64,000 nucleotides of DNA, taken from a bacterium (GTDB lineage Bacteria > Zhuqueibacterota > Zhuqueibacteria > Residuimicrobiales > Krinioviventaceae). The translations under genes and the position numbers were made by a program. Below, in pieces: positions 10,550-21,793 of this stretch (the first letter of the stretch is position 1; every line of letters begins with the position of its first letter). The stretch spans positions 1 through 64,000 of the forward strand of contig CAXXFV010000008.1 of the NCBI GenBank assembly GCA_963674595.2, written 5' to 3'. The notes under the pieces were generated by a model, which was not told where the DNA came from, did no database searches, and saw only the letters and a list, made by a program, of their open reading frames with translations.

Positions 10550-10605
10550 TATCCTGGCAAAAGAAGTACGGATTTTGAGAATATTTATATTATCAAGGTG
10601 AGAAA

Positions 10606-12309
10606 ATGAAAAAAACATCAGATTCAAATCGTTCTATTTTTCATTCATACAAATTGGTTTTTATCCTTATTTTTTTGGCAGGTTCCTGGTTAAGATCTAT
10701 TGATGCCTGGAAACCCGTAAACGGTGAAATTCGTGAAGCGTGGCGGGAATGCGATATGGCGGCTGTAGCACGAAATTTTTATACGGAAGATATGAATGTA
10801 TTTTATCCGCGAATTGACTGGCGAGGTGATGGACCCGGTTTTGCTGAAATGGAATTCCCATTAATGCCCTGGTTGACGGCTGTTTTATATAAAGCCTTTG
10901 GTTATAATGAGCTTTGGGGCCGTGGATTGGTTTTTACTATTTCGCTGTTGACCTTGATGGTTTTTATGAAATTATCCCGTAATTTACTTTCAACAAAAGC
11001 AGCCATTTTTTCGAGTTTATTTTTTGCGTTTAGTCCGTTGATCATTCGAGTATCCAATACCTTTCAGCCGGAAGGATTGATGATGTTTTTTTATATAGCC
11101 AGTGTTCTTTGTTTTTTGAATTATCTAAAGCAGGATAACTGGAAATGGTGGGCATTGACGGCGATAACCTGCATGATGGCTTTATTGTCCAAAATTAATG
11201 CGGTCCACATTGAATTATTGTTTTTGATTCTTTTGTTAAAACATAAAAAATTAAATTTTAAATCAGTCCTGCTGGGCATAACGATTCTGGTCCCTGTATT
11301 ATTATGGTATGTTCATGCTCATTCCTTTTATCATGATTTCGGGAATTCTTTGGGATTTTCAAATGAAGCACATTGGATTGGGTTTGATTTGTTGAAACAA
11401 CCGCTTGTTTTATTAAAAATTTTTAAGATAGACCTTTTATTTGTTTGGATGCCTCTTGGTATATTTGTGGGAATATTTATGGTGAGAAAATTTTGGAATA
11501 ATCAACTTTTTATACCCGTTCTGTGGCTGGCCTGTGTGTTTGGTTATTATCTGGCAGCAGCACGAACCACAAGTGACGATTGGGCGATTTATTATCATGT
11601 TGTTTCAGTGCCGGCTGTTGCTTTGATTTTTTCGTTAGGTTTGGAAAAACTGCATCAATTGATCAGTAAAAAGGTATTGTTTGATTCATTATTTACCGGT
11701 ATTCTGTTAAGTACGATATTGATTATTGTTTTCCGGCTGACCGGCAGTTTTGATCCGACACCGCAAATAGCCGTTTTTATTGTACTGGTTTCTGCTTCAT
11801 TATTATCGTTTGTTTATATGTTGGCGTCTGAACCTTATATTTATTCTTCATTATATTTGCAGGCAAATCAATATAAACAACATTTATTGCATGGTTTTTT
11901 ACTGGTGGCTGTTTTTTCTACCTTTTCCTTTATGGGATTTCGTATCAGCCGTGATATTCATCCAAACCATATGCAGGGTCTGTTTCGGGATTCTTTGATA
12001 TTAAGAAAGTTCATACCCGATGATGCTTTGATTATTGCATCCGGTGGAAACAGTCTCGATGAAACCGGACATTTTGTTGCTTATAATGCACCCTATCTTT
12101 TTTATTGGTTGGACAAAAAAGGGTTCAGTATCAGTCAGGAAGAACAATCCATTGAAAAAATCCGGGAAATGGAACAGCGCGGTGCAAAATATTTTGTTGC
12201 TGAAAAAGAATCCGTTATGCTCAAAAATGGATTTGAAAAAGAGTTAAAACAAACATTTCATCTGATAGACGAAACCGAGCATTTATATTTGTTTGAAATT
12301 CAGTCATAA
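10606..12309 (+). CDS. ArnT/PMT-like (GT-C, GT39-like) membrane glycosyltransferase
   Basis: 'WRECD..AVARNF', 'MEFPL', many transmembrane segments. Confidence 0.72.
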   Translation: MKKTSDSNRSIFHSYKLVFILIFLAGSWLRSIDAWKPVNGEIREAWRECDMAAVARNFYTEDMNVFYPRIDWRGDGPGFAEMEFPLMPWLTAVLYKAFGYNELWGRGLVFTISLLTLMVFMKLSRNLLSTKAAIFSSLFFAFSPLIIRVSNTFQPEGLMMFFYIASVLCFLNYLKQDNWKWWALTAITCMMALLSKINAVHIELLFLILLLKHKKLNFKSVLLGITILVPVLLWYVHAHSFYHDFGNSLGFSNEAHWIGFDLLKQPLVLLKIFKIDLLFVWMPLGIFVGIFMVRKFWNNQLFIPVLWLACVFGYYLAAARTTSDDWAIYYHVVSVPAVALIFSLGLEKLHQLISKKVLFDSLFTGILLSTILIIVFRLTGSFDPTPQIAVFIVLVSASLLSFVYMLASEPYIYSSLYLQANQYKQHLLHGFLLVAVFSTFSFMGFRISRDIHPNHMQGLFRDSLILRKFIPDDALIIASGGNSLDETGHFVAYNAPYLFYWLDKKGFSISQEEQSIEKIREMEQRGAKYFVAEKESVMLKNGFEKELKQTFHLIDETEHLYLFEIQS

Positions 12310-12325
12310 TTGTAACGGTGTTTTT

Positions 12326-15300
12326 ATGAAAATTTTTAAAATATCAATAATTCTACTTTTTGCAATTTATTCGCTAGTGTTTTCGCAGGAGCGAAAAAAA
12401 TATTATCTCGCGAATGACGAACATACCGATTACATGTGGACTGCTGATGCTGAAACATATAGACAGGCTTTTTTAGAAATGATCGAATATTATATGGACC
12501 TGGCTGAATCCACGTCAACTGAAATTTCAGATCATCAAAGCCGGTTTAATTGTGACGGCAGTTTTTGGATGTGGACCTATGAAAAAAACAGAACACAAGC
12601 ACAGTTTGAAAGGTTTATTCAAAAAGTAAAATCAGGTCATTTCAGTGTTCCGTTAACCGCCCTGGTTTCCTGTTATGGCGGTGTACCGGCCGAAGCTGTT
12701 ATCCGGGGGATGTATTATGCCGGAAAGATTGAAAGAGAATATGATCTGCGTTTTAAAATGGCAGTATCCATGGAAAACCAGACATTACCCTATGGACTGG
12801 GTGCACTTTGGGCCGGTTCAGGCGCTGAATATTCGTGGAAAGGTATTTGTGGTTGCGCGTCACATATACCTGATGCCTGGGACCGTGAACATGATATTTA
12901 TTGGTGGGTAGGTCCGGATGACAGCCGTATTCTGATGAAATGGAATTCACAAGTAACCGGTCATGCCAGCGATATCGGTGGATATGCCGAGGCAATGGGC
13001 CCGCATGACGCTATTTATTTGACAGAGAGTAACCAGGATTTTTTGAACAGGTGGCCCTATTCAATTATCGGTGCGTTTGGGCATGGCGGTGATTATTTAA
13101 AAACAACAACGGATGTGTTTGTACAAATTGCCAAGAGTTATACAAACGATAACAGACAGGTAATTGTCTCTAATGAAATTGATTTTTTTGAAGATTTTAA
13201 AAGTGTTTATGGTGAAGATCTGCCTTCTGTTTCATGTTCGTTTGGTAATGAATGGGATTTGTATTGTGCTTCGTTGGCTGAGGTTTCCGCAACAGTTAAA
13301 CGGGCATTACAAAAGTTACGTATTGCCGAAAGTATGGCGGCAATTATAATAACTATTGATCCGAATTTGATCTCAATAAACACACAGGAACGTGATCAGG
13401 CCTGGATGAATTTAGGACTGTATTGGGAACACGACTGGACGGCTGATGGGCCGGTTGGCAGAGACGCCCGTGAACAGTGGCAGCGTGAATTAGCAGTTCA
13501 AATCTCCGCGTATGCAGAGTCACTATACCAGCAGGTTATGCAAAAATTTGGCGGACTAGTAAAAAACAATAGCTCCGGAAAAAGGTTTTATGTATTTAAT
13601 TCGCTTGGTCGTCAGCGTACTGATTATGCGGATATTTTGTACACAGGAGCAAATGATATTCATGTTGTTGATCTGGAAACTAATTCAGATACACCTTTTC
13701 AAATCATTCAAAAGGATGGACAAACATATCTTCGCATATTGGCAACAGATATTCCATCTGTTGGATATAAAGTTTATGAAATTCAAAACGGACAAGGTGA
13801 GCAGTTTGCAAATACGGTCTCTGCTGGTTCGAATGTATTACAAAATTCCTATTATTCTGTTACGGTGAACAGTTCCGGTGCCATTACTAACTGGATAGAC
13901 AAAAAGAATAATAACGCTGAACTTGTGCAACCGGGAATGACTTTGAATTCATTGGGACAAGGCAGGCGGTTCAATTACGATTGAAAATGCCGGGCCTGTT
14001 TCCGCTACGTTGCGCGTTGAAAGCGGTTCACCGCTTGTGCATACAACAAGAGTGACTTTATTTCGTGATGTCGACCGTGTCGATATTCAAAATGAAATTA
14101 CTCAGAATTTTAGTGATGTAACAACATGGGATTTCAATTTTAATTTATCAAATCCGGTTTTACGTCATGAAGAAGTAGGCGCTGTCATTACCGCTAAATA
14201 TAAAAGCGAAGGCGGTCAATATTCCGACAGAAATGCCCGATATGATTGGTTGACTTTGAACCATTTTGCCAACTTTTACGATGGAAACAGTGAGCGTGAC
14301 GATATCAAATTCTGATGCCTACTTTATGAAGCTGGGTACGAGCACCAGTTCTTATCTGGACGCCGGAGCATCATCCATATCTGTGTTGGCAGGCGGCCAG
14401 GTTGATGGCGGTTGGTTTGGAATTATGGGGCAGGGCGGCGATTCCTATTTTTTACAGCGTTTCGCCCTGCAAAGCAGCATAATTTCTCTGGACAAAGAAA
14501 ATATGAATTTTGCTCTGGAGCACCAAACACCATTGGTATGTGGCTATGTCAATAACGGAACAGATTTGCCTGAGAAAAAATATTCCTTTCTGGAGATTGA
14601 TAATTCAAATGTTTTACTGTGGGCTTTAAAACCGGCAGATGATGCTGCGGATGACGGTGTTTATAGCACGGGTTTGGAATATGGATAATACACCCGGACA
14701 ATTCTCTCTATATTTTCCGCAGCATTCCATTTCTACCGCCGAGCAAACAACGCATATTGAAACACCAATAAAAGAGATGGTGTCTTCCGGGCAAACATTG
14801 ATATCATCAATTCAACAACAGCAGTTGAAAACCTTGTTAATAAAACTGGAAGAATCTTCGCTGCCTATTGAGTTTGGTTCTTTTCAAGCTGTTCAGGAAA
14901 ATGGATTTATTTATTTAAACTGGAAAGCCCTTGATGCTGGATTGACCTATGGTTTTGCTGTTGAAAAAAGTATTAATGGTTCCTTTTTTTGAACAAATCG
15001 GCTTTGTTTATGTGGATAAAGATGAAACGCAAACCTCTGCTTTTTCTTATGTTGACAAAAATCCGGCTAGTGGTAAACAGTATTACCGAATTAAAGAGAT
15101 TAATATTGATGGGACTTTTTCCTATTCAAGTGTAATTTCTATTGAAAATATGTTACCGCATACAATAGTTTTAAGACAGAATTACCCAAATCCGTTTAAT
15201 CCGACAACGATCATTTCGTTTGATATTCCGGCATCTTTAGACTCGACAGAAAAAATCAACTCTTCTCTGAATATTTATAATGTTCAGGGTAGACTGGTCA

Positions 15301-15455
15301 AAAGTCTGGCCGATGGCTATTTACAGCCGGCAAGTTATTTCGTAGAATGGGATGGCACTAATCAAAATAATCAAACCGTATCCAGTGGCATCTATTTTTA
15401 TGTACTGGTTCACGGAAATTCCAGAGTCGTCAAACAACTGTTATTCTTGCGATAA
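12326..15455 (+). CDS. Secreted GH38-like (alpha-mannosidase fold) hydrolase with PVEL-like and T9SS-type/FlgD C-terminal domains; split by ~4 frameshifts
   Basis: Signal peptide, 'NDEHTDYMW', 'HDWT', 'VFNSLG'; five consecutive ORF fragments; ends 'LPIEFGSF...YYRIKEINIDG...QNYPNPFNPTT...SSGIYFY'. Confidence 0.72.
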
Positions 15456-15461
15456 TTTTAT

Positions 15462-16893
15462 ATGAAACTTTTATTAACAAAAATAACTGAAAAATTTGCT
15501 CAAAAACCGGCTTTGGCCCTGTTTATTGTGTTTTTGTTGTTTTTTACTATACAGATGCCGGTACACTCATCGAACCCGGATGCTCTTGTATATTCCGCCC
15601 GTTCAACGGCTGTTACACCGGTCCTGGATTATGCTTTTTTAAGCAACCAAACATTGCTGGGAGCCCCGGCAATATATAATTATCATTTGGCGCATACGAT
15701 TATTTTATGGATGATGGATAAGATTATTCGGGCAGCGGGAATTTTATTTGGATATCCGGTTTTGTTTCGGCAATATCCGGTGCGTTAATTGTCTTATTAA
15801 CATATTTAATAGGTTTGAACCTGGTTTTACCCAAAAAACATCGGTTATTTTTGCTGTTATCGCCGGACTTGTACCAAGCATCTGGTTTTACAGTTTGATC
15901 GGAGAGGTTTATACTCTTCAGCTTGTTTTTATTCTGTTGTTTTGTTTTTTCTTTTTAAAAGATAATATGTTTTTTGCCTTTATTTTCTTTTTATTGGCTG
16001 TTTTAGTTACACCCATTTCCGGGCTGGCCATCAGTTTTGGTTTGTTTGGTTATAAAAATTATAAAACGTTAATAAAACTTGCTGCTATCGGCACGTGTGC
16101 TTTAATTTGCTATCTGATAATTTTTTATTTTTTACACAGTGATATACTTGGTGCTTTTGGCGTAGTTGATGTCCATAGCCAGGCAAAATCTCTTTTATAT
16201 CGCCTTTTAGTATTTTTGTTTATCATTGTTATTAATTTCAGTTTTTTTATTCCCATGCTTATAAAGGGATTTGTTTCTTTATCGAAATCTGGTAAACAGC
16301 TTTTTATACCCTGGATTCTTGTATTTATTTCACAGTTTATTTTGGTTTTGCTGGATCCACAATTTGTTGTTGAAAACGGCAGCTTTCAATTACCTGTCTT
16401 TTGGCTTTTTTCAATACCTCTTGCAGTGTATTCAAGTACTGTTAAAAATTATAAAACTGTGGTTTTTAATTCTGTCGGTGTTTTTATCATTTTTCTTTTA
16501 TTGTGGATTTTGCCTGATCAGTTAACAGCACATGCCTATGAGCACGCAGTTGATAATTTGAAAGAACATCATAACAATGTAAAGATAATCGGCGACTGGG
16601 GAACAGGAGCCGGTATTGCTTGTATCCGGTCTAAAGGTGATTTATCAAAAATAAATAACAATTATTTTGAAAGACCGGCGCCTGATGATAAGGAGATTGA
16701 ATTAACAGGTGAAGAAAAGCTGATTATTACGGTTCGAAAAAGAACATCCTTTCGAAAGTTTTTTTCCAAATTGCCGGTTTCCGGGTTTAAACTGCCTGAA
16801 TATAACCCTGTTGATTCGATTCATATCGGGCAGGTGACGCCGATTTATCAAAATGATTATGTTGCTTTTTATTTGTGGGAGAAATATAAATAA
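15462..16893 (+). CDS. Polytopic membrane protein (DUF2723/GT-C-like), frameshifted near 15750-15830
   Basis: Overlapping ORFs 15462-15788 and 15748-16893; 'WFYSLIGEVY', many TM helices. Confidence 0.55.
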
Positions 16894-16897
16894 AAAA

Positions 16898-17990
16898 ATG
16901 AAAAAGGTATTTATTAAAACAGATTCCCGAATTATTGGACCACTTGGACGTAAGGCTTTGGAAGATTGCATTCGGCGCGGTGAAATAAAAAAATACCACC
17001 ATATCTGGCATTTTTATCAGAATATTTGGGCGCCGTTTAAGTGAAGTTGAAATGTTTAAAAATCTTTTTCCTGTAGGGCAGTTGACAATGTGTCCGAAAA
17101 TAATCGCTGTCGGAGGTGGGTAAAGGCGGAGTCGGTAAGACAACAATTGCTGCCGCGCTGGCAATTGAATTAAGCCGTTACGGCAAAAGAGTCATTGCTA
17201 TTGATGCTGATTGGGAAGGCCCCAACCTCCATTTTTATTGGGTGAAAAAGAGCCAAAACTGAACAATTTTTTTAATTTTTCAAATGACTCTTTAATTAGT
17301 CAAGTGAAACCGACAAAGTATGATAATTTACATTACATCAGCGGAAAGTTGAATCAGACCGCCTATCAATTACCGGATTATGCAAAAAGAGCCAAGTTTT
17401 TTAATAGCCTCAGAAAGTTACCTGCCGATTTTGTAATTGTTGATATGGGACCTGGCATCAGTTATGCAAACCTTGAAATATTTTTAAACAGTGATGAAAA
17501 ATTACTAGTTGCAATTCCTGAAAATACTGCCATGCTGGATGCTTTTGGTTTTTTGCGTGCCGCAATCATCCGGCAGTTATCACTATTATTAAAAATTGAT
17601 AAAAATTTGCATCCGCTGGTGAATATGGATAAATCTGTTTTTAATAATCCATTCGATCCTTTGATGCATTTATATCAGAAAATTGAAATGAATAATAAAA
17701 AAGCGGGATTTTTAACGAATAGTTTTTTATCTTTATTCCGTCCGAAAATTGTTATGAACAAGGTATTGGAAAGTTATGAACGTGAAGAGACCCGCCGGTT
17801 TTCAAACTTGATAAAAAAACGATTAGGCATTGATTGTGAAATTATTGGATTCCTCGATTTTCACAAAAAATATCGTATTCCAACCGTCAAAGGTGAAGTT
17901 AAGAGTAATTCCGTTATAACGAAAAGTAACAGCATTCTAAATCAAAGCAAAAAGAATATACAACAAGCTCTGTTAGCATCAATAGATTAA
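16898..17990 (+). CDS. GYF_2(DUF4339)-like domain fused to MinD/FlhG-family ATPase; ~3 frameshifts
   Basis: 'IIGPL...CIRRGEI...IW.....WAP' then, across shifts, 'KIIAVGGGKGGVGKTT', 'IDAD', 'DFVIVDMGPG', 'PENTAMLDAF'. Confidence 0.7.
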
Positions 17991-18005
17991 CGGCCAGGAT
18001 TTTTT

Positions 18006-18104
18006 ATGAAGCAAAAATTATTAACAGCATTTATTTTTATGATTTCAATGATCGTACTTCAATTACCGGTTTTGATTCTTACTTTCTTTAGTATAGAAAT
18101 TTAG
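18006..18104 (+). CDS. Putative 32-aa hydrophobic small protein
   Basis: MKQKLLTAFIFMISMIVLQLPVLILTFFSIEI; AGGA upstream of ATG; below ORF-track cutoff. Confidence 0.4.
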   Translation: MKQKLLTAFIFMISMIVLQLPVLILTFFSIEI

Positions 18105-18113
18105 TGCTGAGGC

Positions 18114-19841
18114 TTAATAAAAGGCATTATTAAAAACCCGCAAATTTTGAGGTGCTTGTAAGGAATCATCCACAAATTCAAACACACCCAAATCAATATT
18201 CCCTCCCCACGGTACACTAACCTGACGTAAATCATATAATAAACCAATATTTGTTCCAAGATCAATACAAGGGGAACCCGGCTGTAATTGAAAATTTGCT
18301 TCTTCCGGATTTATAAATTGAGGATCATTGGTTATAGAATGGCTGTCTAATCCTGATGCCTGTTGATAATCAGAAAATTGGTTCATGGTATAATAATTAC
18401 CGTTCCAGCTTATTAAATTGCCGGAAATATTTCGAAATAAATTATAATCAATATCAACGCCGTCTCTGCTGTTGGGAGCCACATGCAGTGCAAATGAATA
18501 TTCGCCGACAAAAACGATATTGTTTTTAACTTCGCAATTTGTATTGGTATTATGAATGGAAATTCCGTTTCGATTATTTCCTGTTGTATAAATAGTATTG
18601 TTATAAATTTTGGTGCCGTCTATCGGTACATCTCCATCGGACTGAATAGATGGACCGCCTTCCATGTTATAAATCAAATTGTAAAAAATGTGATTATTGT
18701 TGGCATTTACGCGTACCTGAATGCCCATGCCACCCATGGAGTCGTGGAATTTATTATAACTGACCCGATTATTATCAGATCCTTCTTTAATATATAAAAG
18801 ATTACCGGCCGGACCATAAATGTCGTTTTGGTAGAAAACATTGTCATCCGAGTTATATACAAAAATAACATCTGAAAGTGTGGCGTTATTACTTTCATAA
18901 ATTGAGCTGTTTTGGATGGTGTTAGTGTTGCATCCGTCAAATTTCATAACAGCGCCATAGACACTATCGGTGCGGCGGTTGCCGTAAATCTGGCATTGGT
19001 CAATAAGAATATGATGCGGCGCTTCAGCATCACTGTAATAGGCGTAAAAACAGGCATAATATCCTTCATGCATTTTGCACTGGCTAAAGTTTATATGGTG
19101 GCTGTCGTAAACATGCACAACACCACCCCAGGTTGCGTTGGATTGCTGAAAATCAATATTGTGAAACGTCAGATAAGCTGCATCACCTATTACAATGGAA
19201 TTATTGCGATTTGCAGTTTCCATTAAACTTGATGTTATTACGGGAGTACCGCGATTATCACGAAAGTAAAGTGTTTGGAATCCCAATCCATCATTATCTG
19301 CCCAGGACCAGCACAAATCATTCAGTGAACCGGCTTCTCCCGGCTCAAGGTTTTGACCTTCCAACCATACCAGCAGTGGCTGTGGTATTTGCGGGGCTGC
19401 CCCGTTTTTTTGTGTGATATAATATTCATTCGTTCCCGAGCTTGAGACATGCCAGCTATATTTTAAAGAATCAACAGCATCTGCGCCGGAGATGATTGGT
19501 TGCACCCCGCTACCATAGGATGAAAAAACAATTGGCGCGGATTCGGTGCCGGAAATTGTCAGCCACAGCCGGTCCCGCCATATTTGACCCTGTTTGAATA
19601 ATATTGAATCACCCGGTTGGAAATGATAAGAGTTTATTTTGCTGATGTTTTGCCAGGCCAGCAAAGGTGAATTTCCGCTGTTTGAATCGCTGCCGTTTTC
19701 AATGTCCATGTAAAAAGTAGCTGTAAAACCTGGTCCCGCAAAAAAGATGGAAATAATAAATACGACATAAAACAGATTCAAAAGTGCATATTTTTTGTCA
19801 CACTTTTGAAATTGATTGTGTAATAATTCATCCCGTTTCAT
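18114..19841 (-). CDS. Secreted right-handed parallel beta-helix protein
   Basis: 'FYMD..NGSDSNSG.SP..AW', 'PGDSILFK.G', Asn-rich PbH1 repeats, 'FQLQPGSPCID.G...DLGVFE'. Confidence 0.8.
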   Translation of the reverse strand: MKRDELLHNQFQKCDKKYALLNLFYVVFIISIFFAGPGFTATFYMDIENGSDSNSGNSPLLAWQNISKINSYHFQPGDSILFKQGQIWRDRLWLTISGTESAPIVFSSYGSGVQPIISGADAVDSLKYSWHVSSSGTNEYYITQKNGAAPQIPQPLLVWLEGQNLEPGEAGSLNDLCWSWADNDGLGFQTLYFRDNRGTPVITSSLMETANRNNSIVIGDAAYLTFHNIDFQQSNATWGGVVHVYDSHHINFSQCKMHEGYYACFYAYYSDAEAPHHILIDQCQIYGNRRTDSVYGAVMKFDGCNTNTIQNSSIYESNNATLSDVIFVYNSDDNVFYQNDIYGPAGNLLYIKEGSDNNRVSYNKFHDSMGGMGIQVRVNANNNHIFYNLIYNMEGGPSIQSDGDVPIDGTKIYNNTIYTTGNNRNGISIHNTNTNCEVKNNIVFVGEYSFALHVAPNSRDGVDIDYNLFRNISGNLISWNGNYYTMNQFSDYQQASGLDSHSITNDPQFINPEEANFQLQPGSPCIDLGTNIGLLYDLRQVSVPWGGNIDLGVFEFVDDSLQAPQNLRVFNNAFY

Positions 19842-19983
19842 AACGTTGCCTTTACGATGGTGCTTTTAATAAAAAAGAGTTTATGTAATTATTTAATAAT
19901 AATTTGTTTATAACCCTTCAATGCCTGTGAGTGTTTGTTTTTCTGCTCCTGATTGAGTTATAAGTACAACTATTTAGTGTTTT

Positions 19984-19999
19984 TGCAATTTTAGTGCCA
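19984..19999 (-). promoter_or_regulatory. Sigma54 (-24/-12) promoter
   Basis: Minus strand TGGCAC-TAAAA-TTGCA, consensus match, ~140 bp upstream of the beta-helix gene. Confidence 0.75.
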
Positions 20000-20092
20000 T
20001 GAAGTTTGATTCAGGGATGCTTTTAGGGTGAGAGGCATGCTAGCCGGGGATTGGAAACTCATTTGAGCGGTGCATTATTCTGTTAATTTTCA

Positions 20093-21343
20093 TCACCAGG
20101 TTATGTAAATCTCACGAGACTGTAAAATCGGAATGTATTGATTGATTGAAACATCGTCAAGTGGATTACCATTCAGGCCGACAATATCGCCTTTTCCAAT
20201 GTTTGGATTATCCACAAGGGGTTTTATATTCGTAATTTGATTGTCCCAAACCCTTACATACCTCAATTTTGTTAAATTTTGCAACGGTGAAAGATTGGAT
20301 ATCTTGTTCTTTTCCAGAGCTAACCATTCCAGTTTCTCCATTCTGGCAAGGGGTGATATATCAATGATATTTGCAAAGGACAATTTCAGATCTACTATAT
20401 TAGTTAAGCTGCTTAATGGGGAAAATGTCTTCAACACCACAATTTGAAAAACCATAATATCTGGAGTTTTGTCAAATTATTCAGCGGCGTCAAATCGGTT
20501 ATTGATTGCTTTTGCCATTTTTAACTCTACCAGTTGTGTCATATTTTTTAATGCTGATATATCATTAATTTCTCCATTATATCTTAAATTCAAATATTTT
20601 AGTTTTGTTAAATTAGCTAGTGGGAGATATATCTTTAATTAAATTGCCAAATATATCCAAATATTCGAGTTTCCGTCAAGTTTGCCAAAGGTGAGATATC
20701 TTTGATGAGGCGATTTTGGTTTAAAGAAAGCTCTTTTAATTTGGTCAAGTTCACTAATGGTGATATGTCCTGATATATTTTGATCTCCCAAATAGAAAAT
20801 CTGCAAATTTTTACAGTATTCCAAACCAACGAGCGAAATGACTTTATCAGGAGTAGGGAAACTGTATAAAAGGCTATCCAGCTTTTAACAATGCGTCATC
20901 GGTAAGCTCGTCCATCTGCTTTTTTAAAGCAGCTCGAATATATATTTCCAAATTAAACGTCCTCAAATCTGGAAATTAGGATTGGGCAACACTTTAACCT
21001 GAGTTTCGTCGGTATTGCTGCTTTGTTCACCGCTTTTTTACAGTTAGTCTAAATTTATACAATCCTTCCTTGTTAAAGCTAACAAATTCTTTGTCTTTAT
21101 CTTCCCCGGAAAAAAGTACGACCTTTCCAGGATTACCTCCAACCTGTTCCCATTCATACCAATCAATAGCTCCGGTACTTTTGCTGACATCCAAAAAATA
21201 CATAACTGCCGGCAATTGTGGTTTGATCCGGACCTGCATCTGCAACAAGTTTTACAACATCAGATGTCTCAAATATGTTCTTGCAGGGAAATAGTGACCA
21301 AAGTGATAAGTAAAGATATGAGAACAAATTGTCTGGAATTCAT
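20093..21343 (-). CDS. PKD-like domain + internalin-type leucine-rich repeat protein; many frameshifts (assembly errors or pseudogene)
   Basis: Fragments 'ADAGPDQ...LDVSKSTG...WEQVGGNP', 'DISPLVNLTKLKELSL', 'LSPLQNLTKLRY', 'LNGNPL'. Confidence 0.65.
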
Positions 21344-21557
21344 ATTATCATTTTTTCCTTTTGTTGGACAGAAAAATCTACCTTGTTTAATATACCCCGT
21401 GCCCTAAAATAGCGTGATTAGAAAAATAATTTATAATTTCAGATGACCCCGGATATAACAATTCCGTTACATAAAACGAGATGATGATGTGCGGTTAGGT
21501 TATAAATTTGTTCATTGAAACTCCCCATAGAATCTATGTTTGATAATTGCTTGTTTA

Positions 21558-21586
21558 ATGATATTTAAATTTTTTTATACTGTCAA
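21558..21586 (-). promoter_or_regulatory. Sigma70-type promoter
   Basis: TTGACA-17 bp-TATCAT on minus strand upstream of LRR gene. Confidence 0.65.
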
Positions 21587-21746
21587 GTGTTTTTTAGTGG
21601 ATAATGATTCTGTTTTGTTTTTCTTGTGGTATAATATGGAATCATTTCTATAATGGGAAGATGCCTCCGGCATGACATTTTTTTTGCTTGTGACCTATTG
21701 TTGCCATTCTGTAAGAATCTTGCTGGGATGTTCCTATGCGAGCGTT

Positions 21747-21785
21747 AAAAAAAGACCCCGAAGGTTTGAAACTACTTTCGGGGTC
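21747..21785 (-). terminator. Intrinsic terminator
   Basis: GACCCCGAA...TTCGGGGTC stem followed by T7 on minus strand, just after stop at 21794. Confidence 0.8.
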
Positions 21786-21793
21786 ATGTCGGG

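Noticed and set aside
13960-17220. Programmed frameshifting or stop-codon recoding
   Set aside because: The breaks are frame changes at varied contexts with no shared slippery motif, and TGA/TAG act as normal stops elsewhere.
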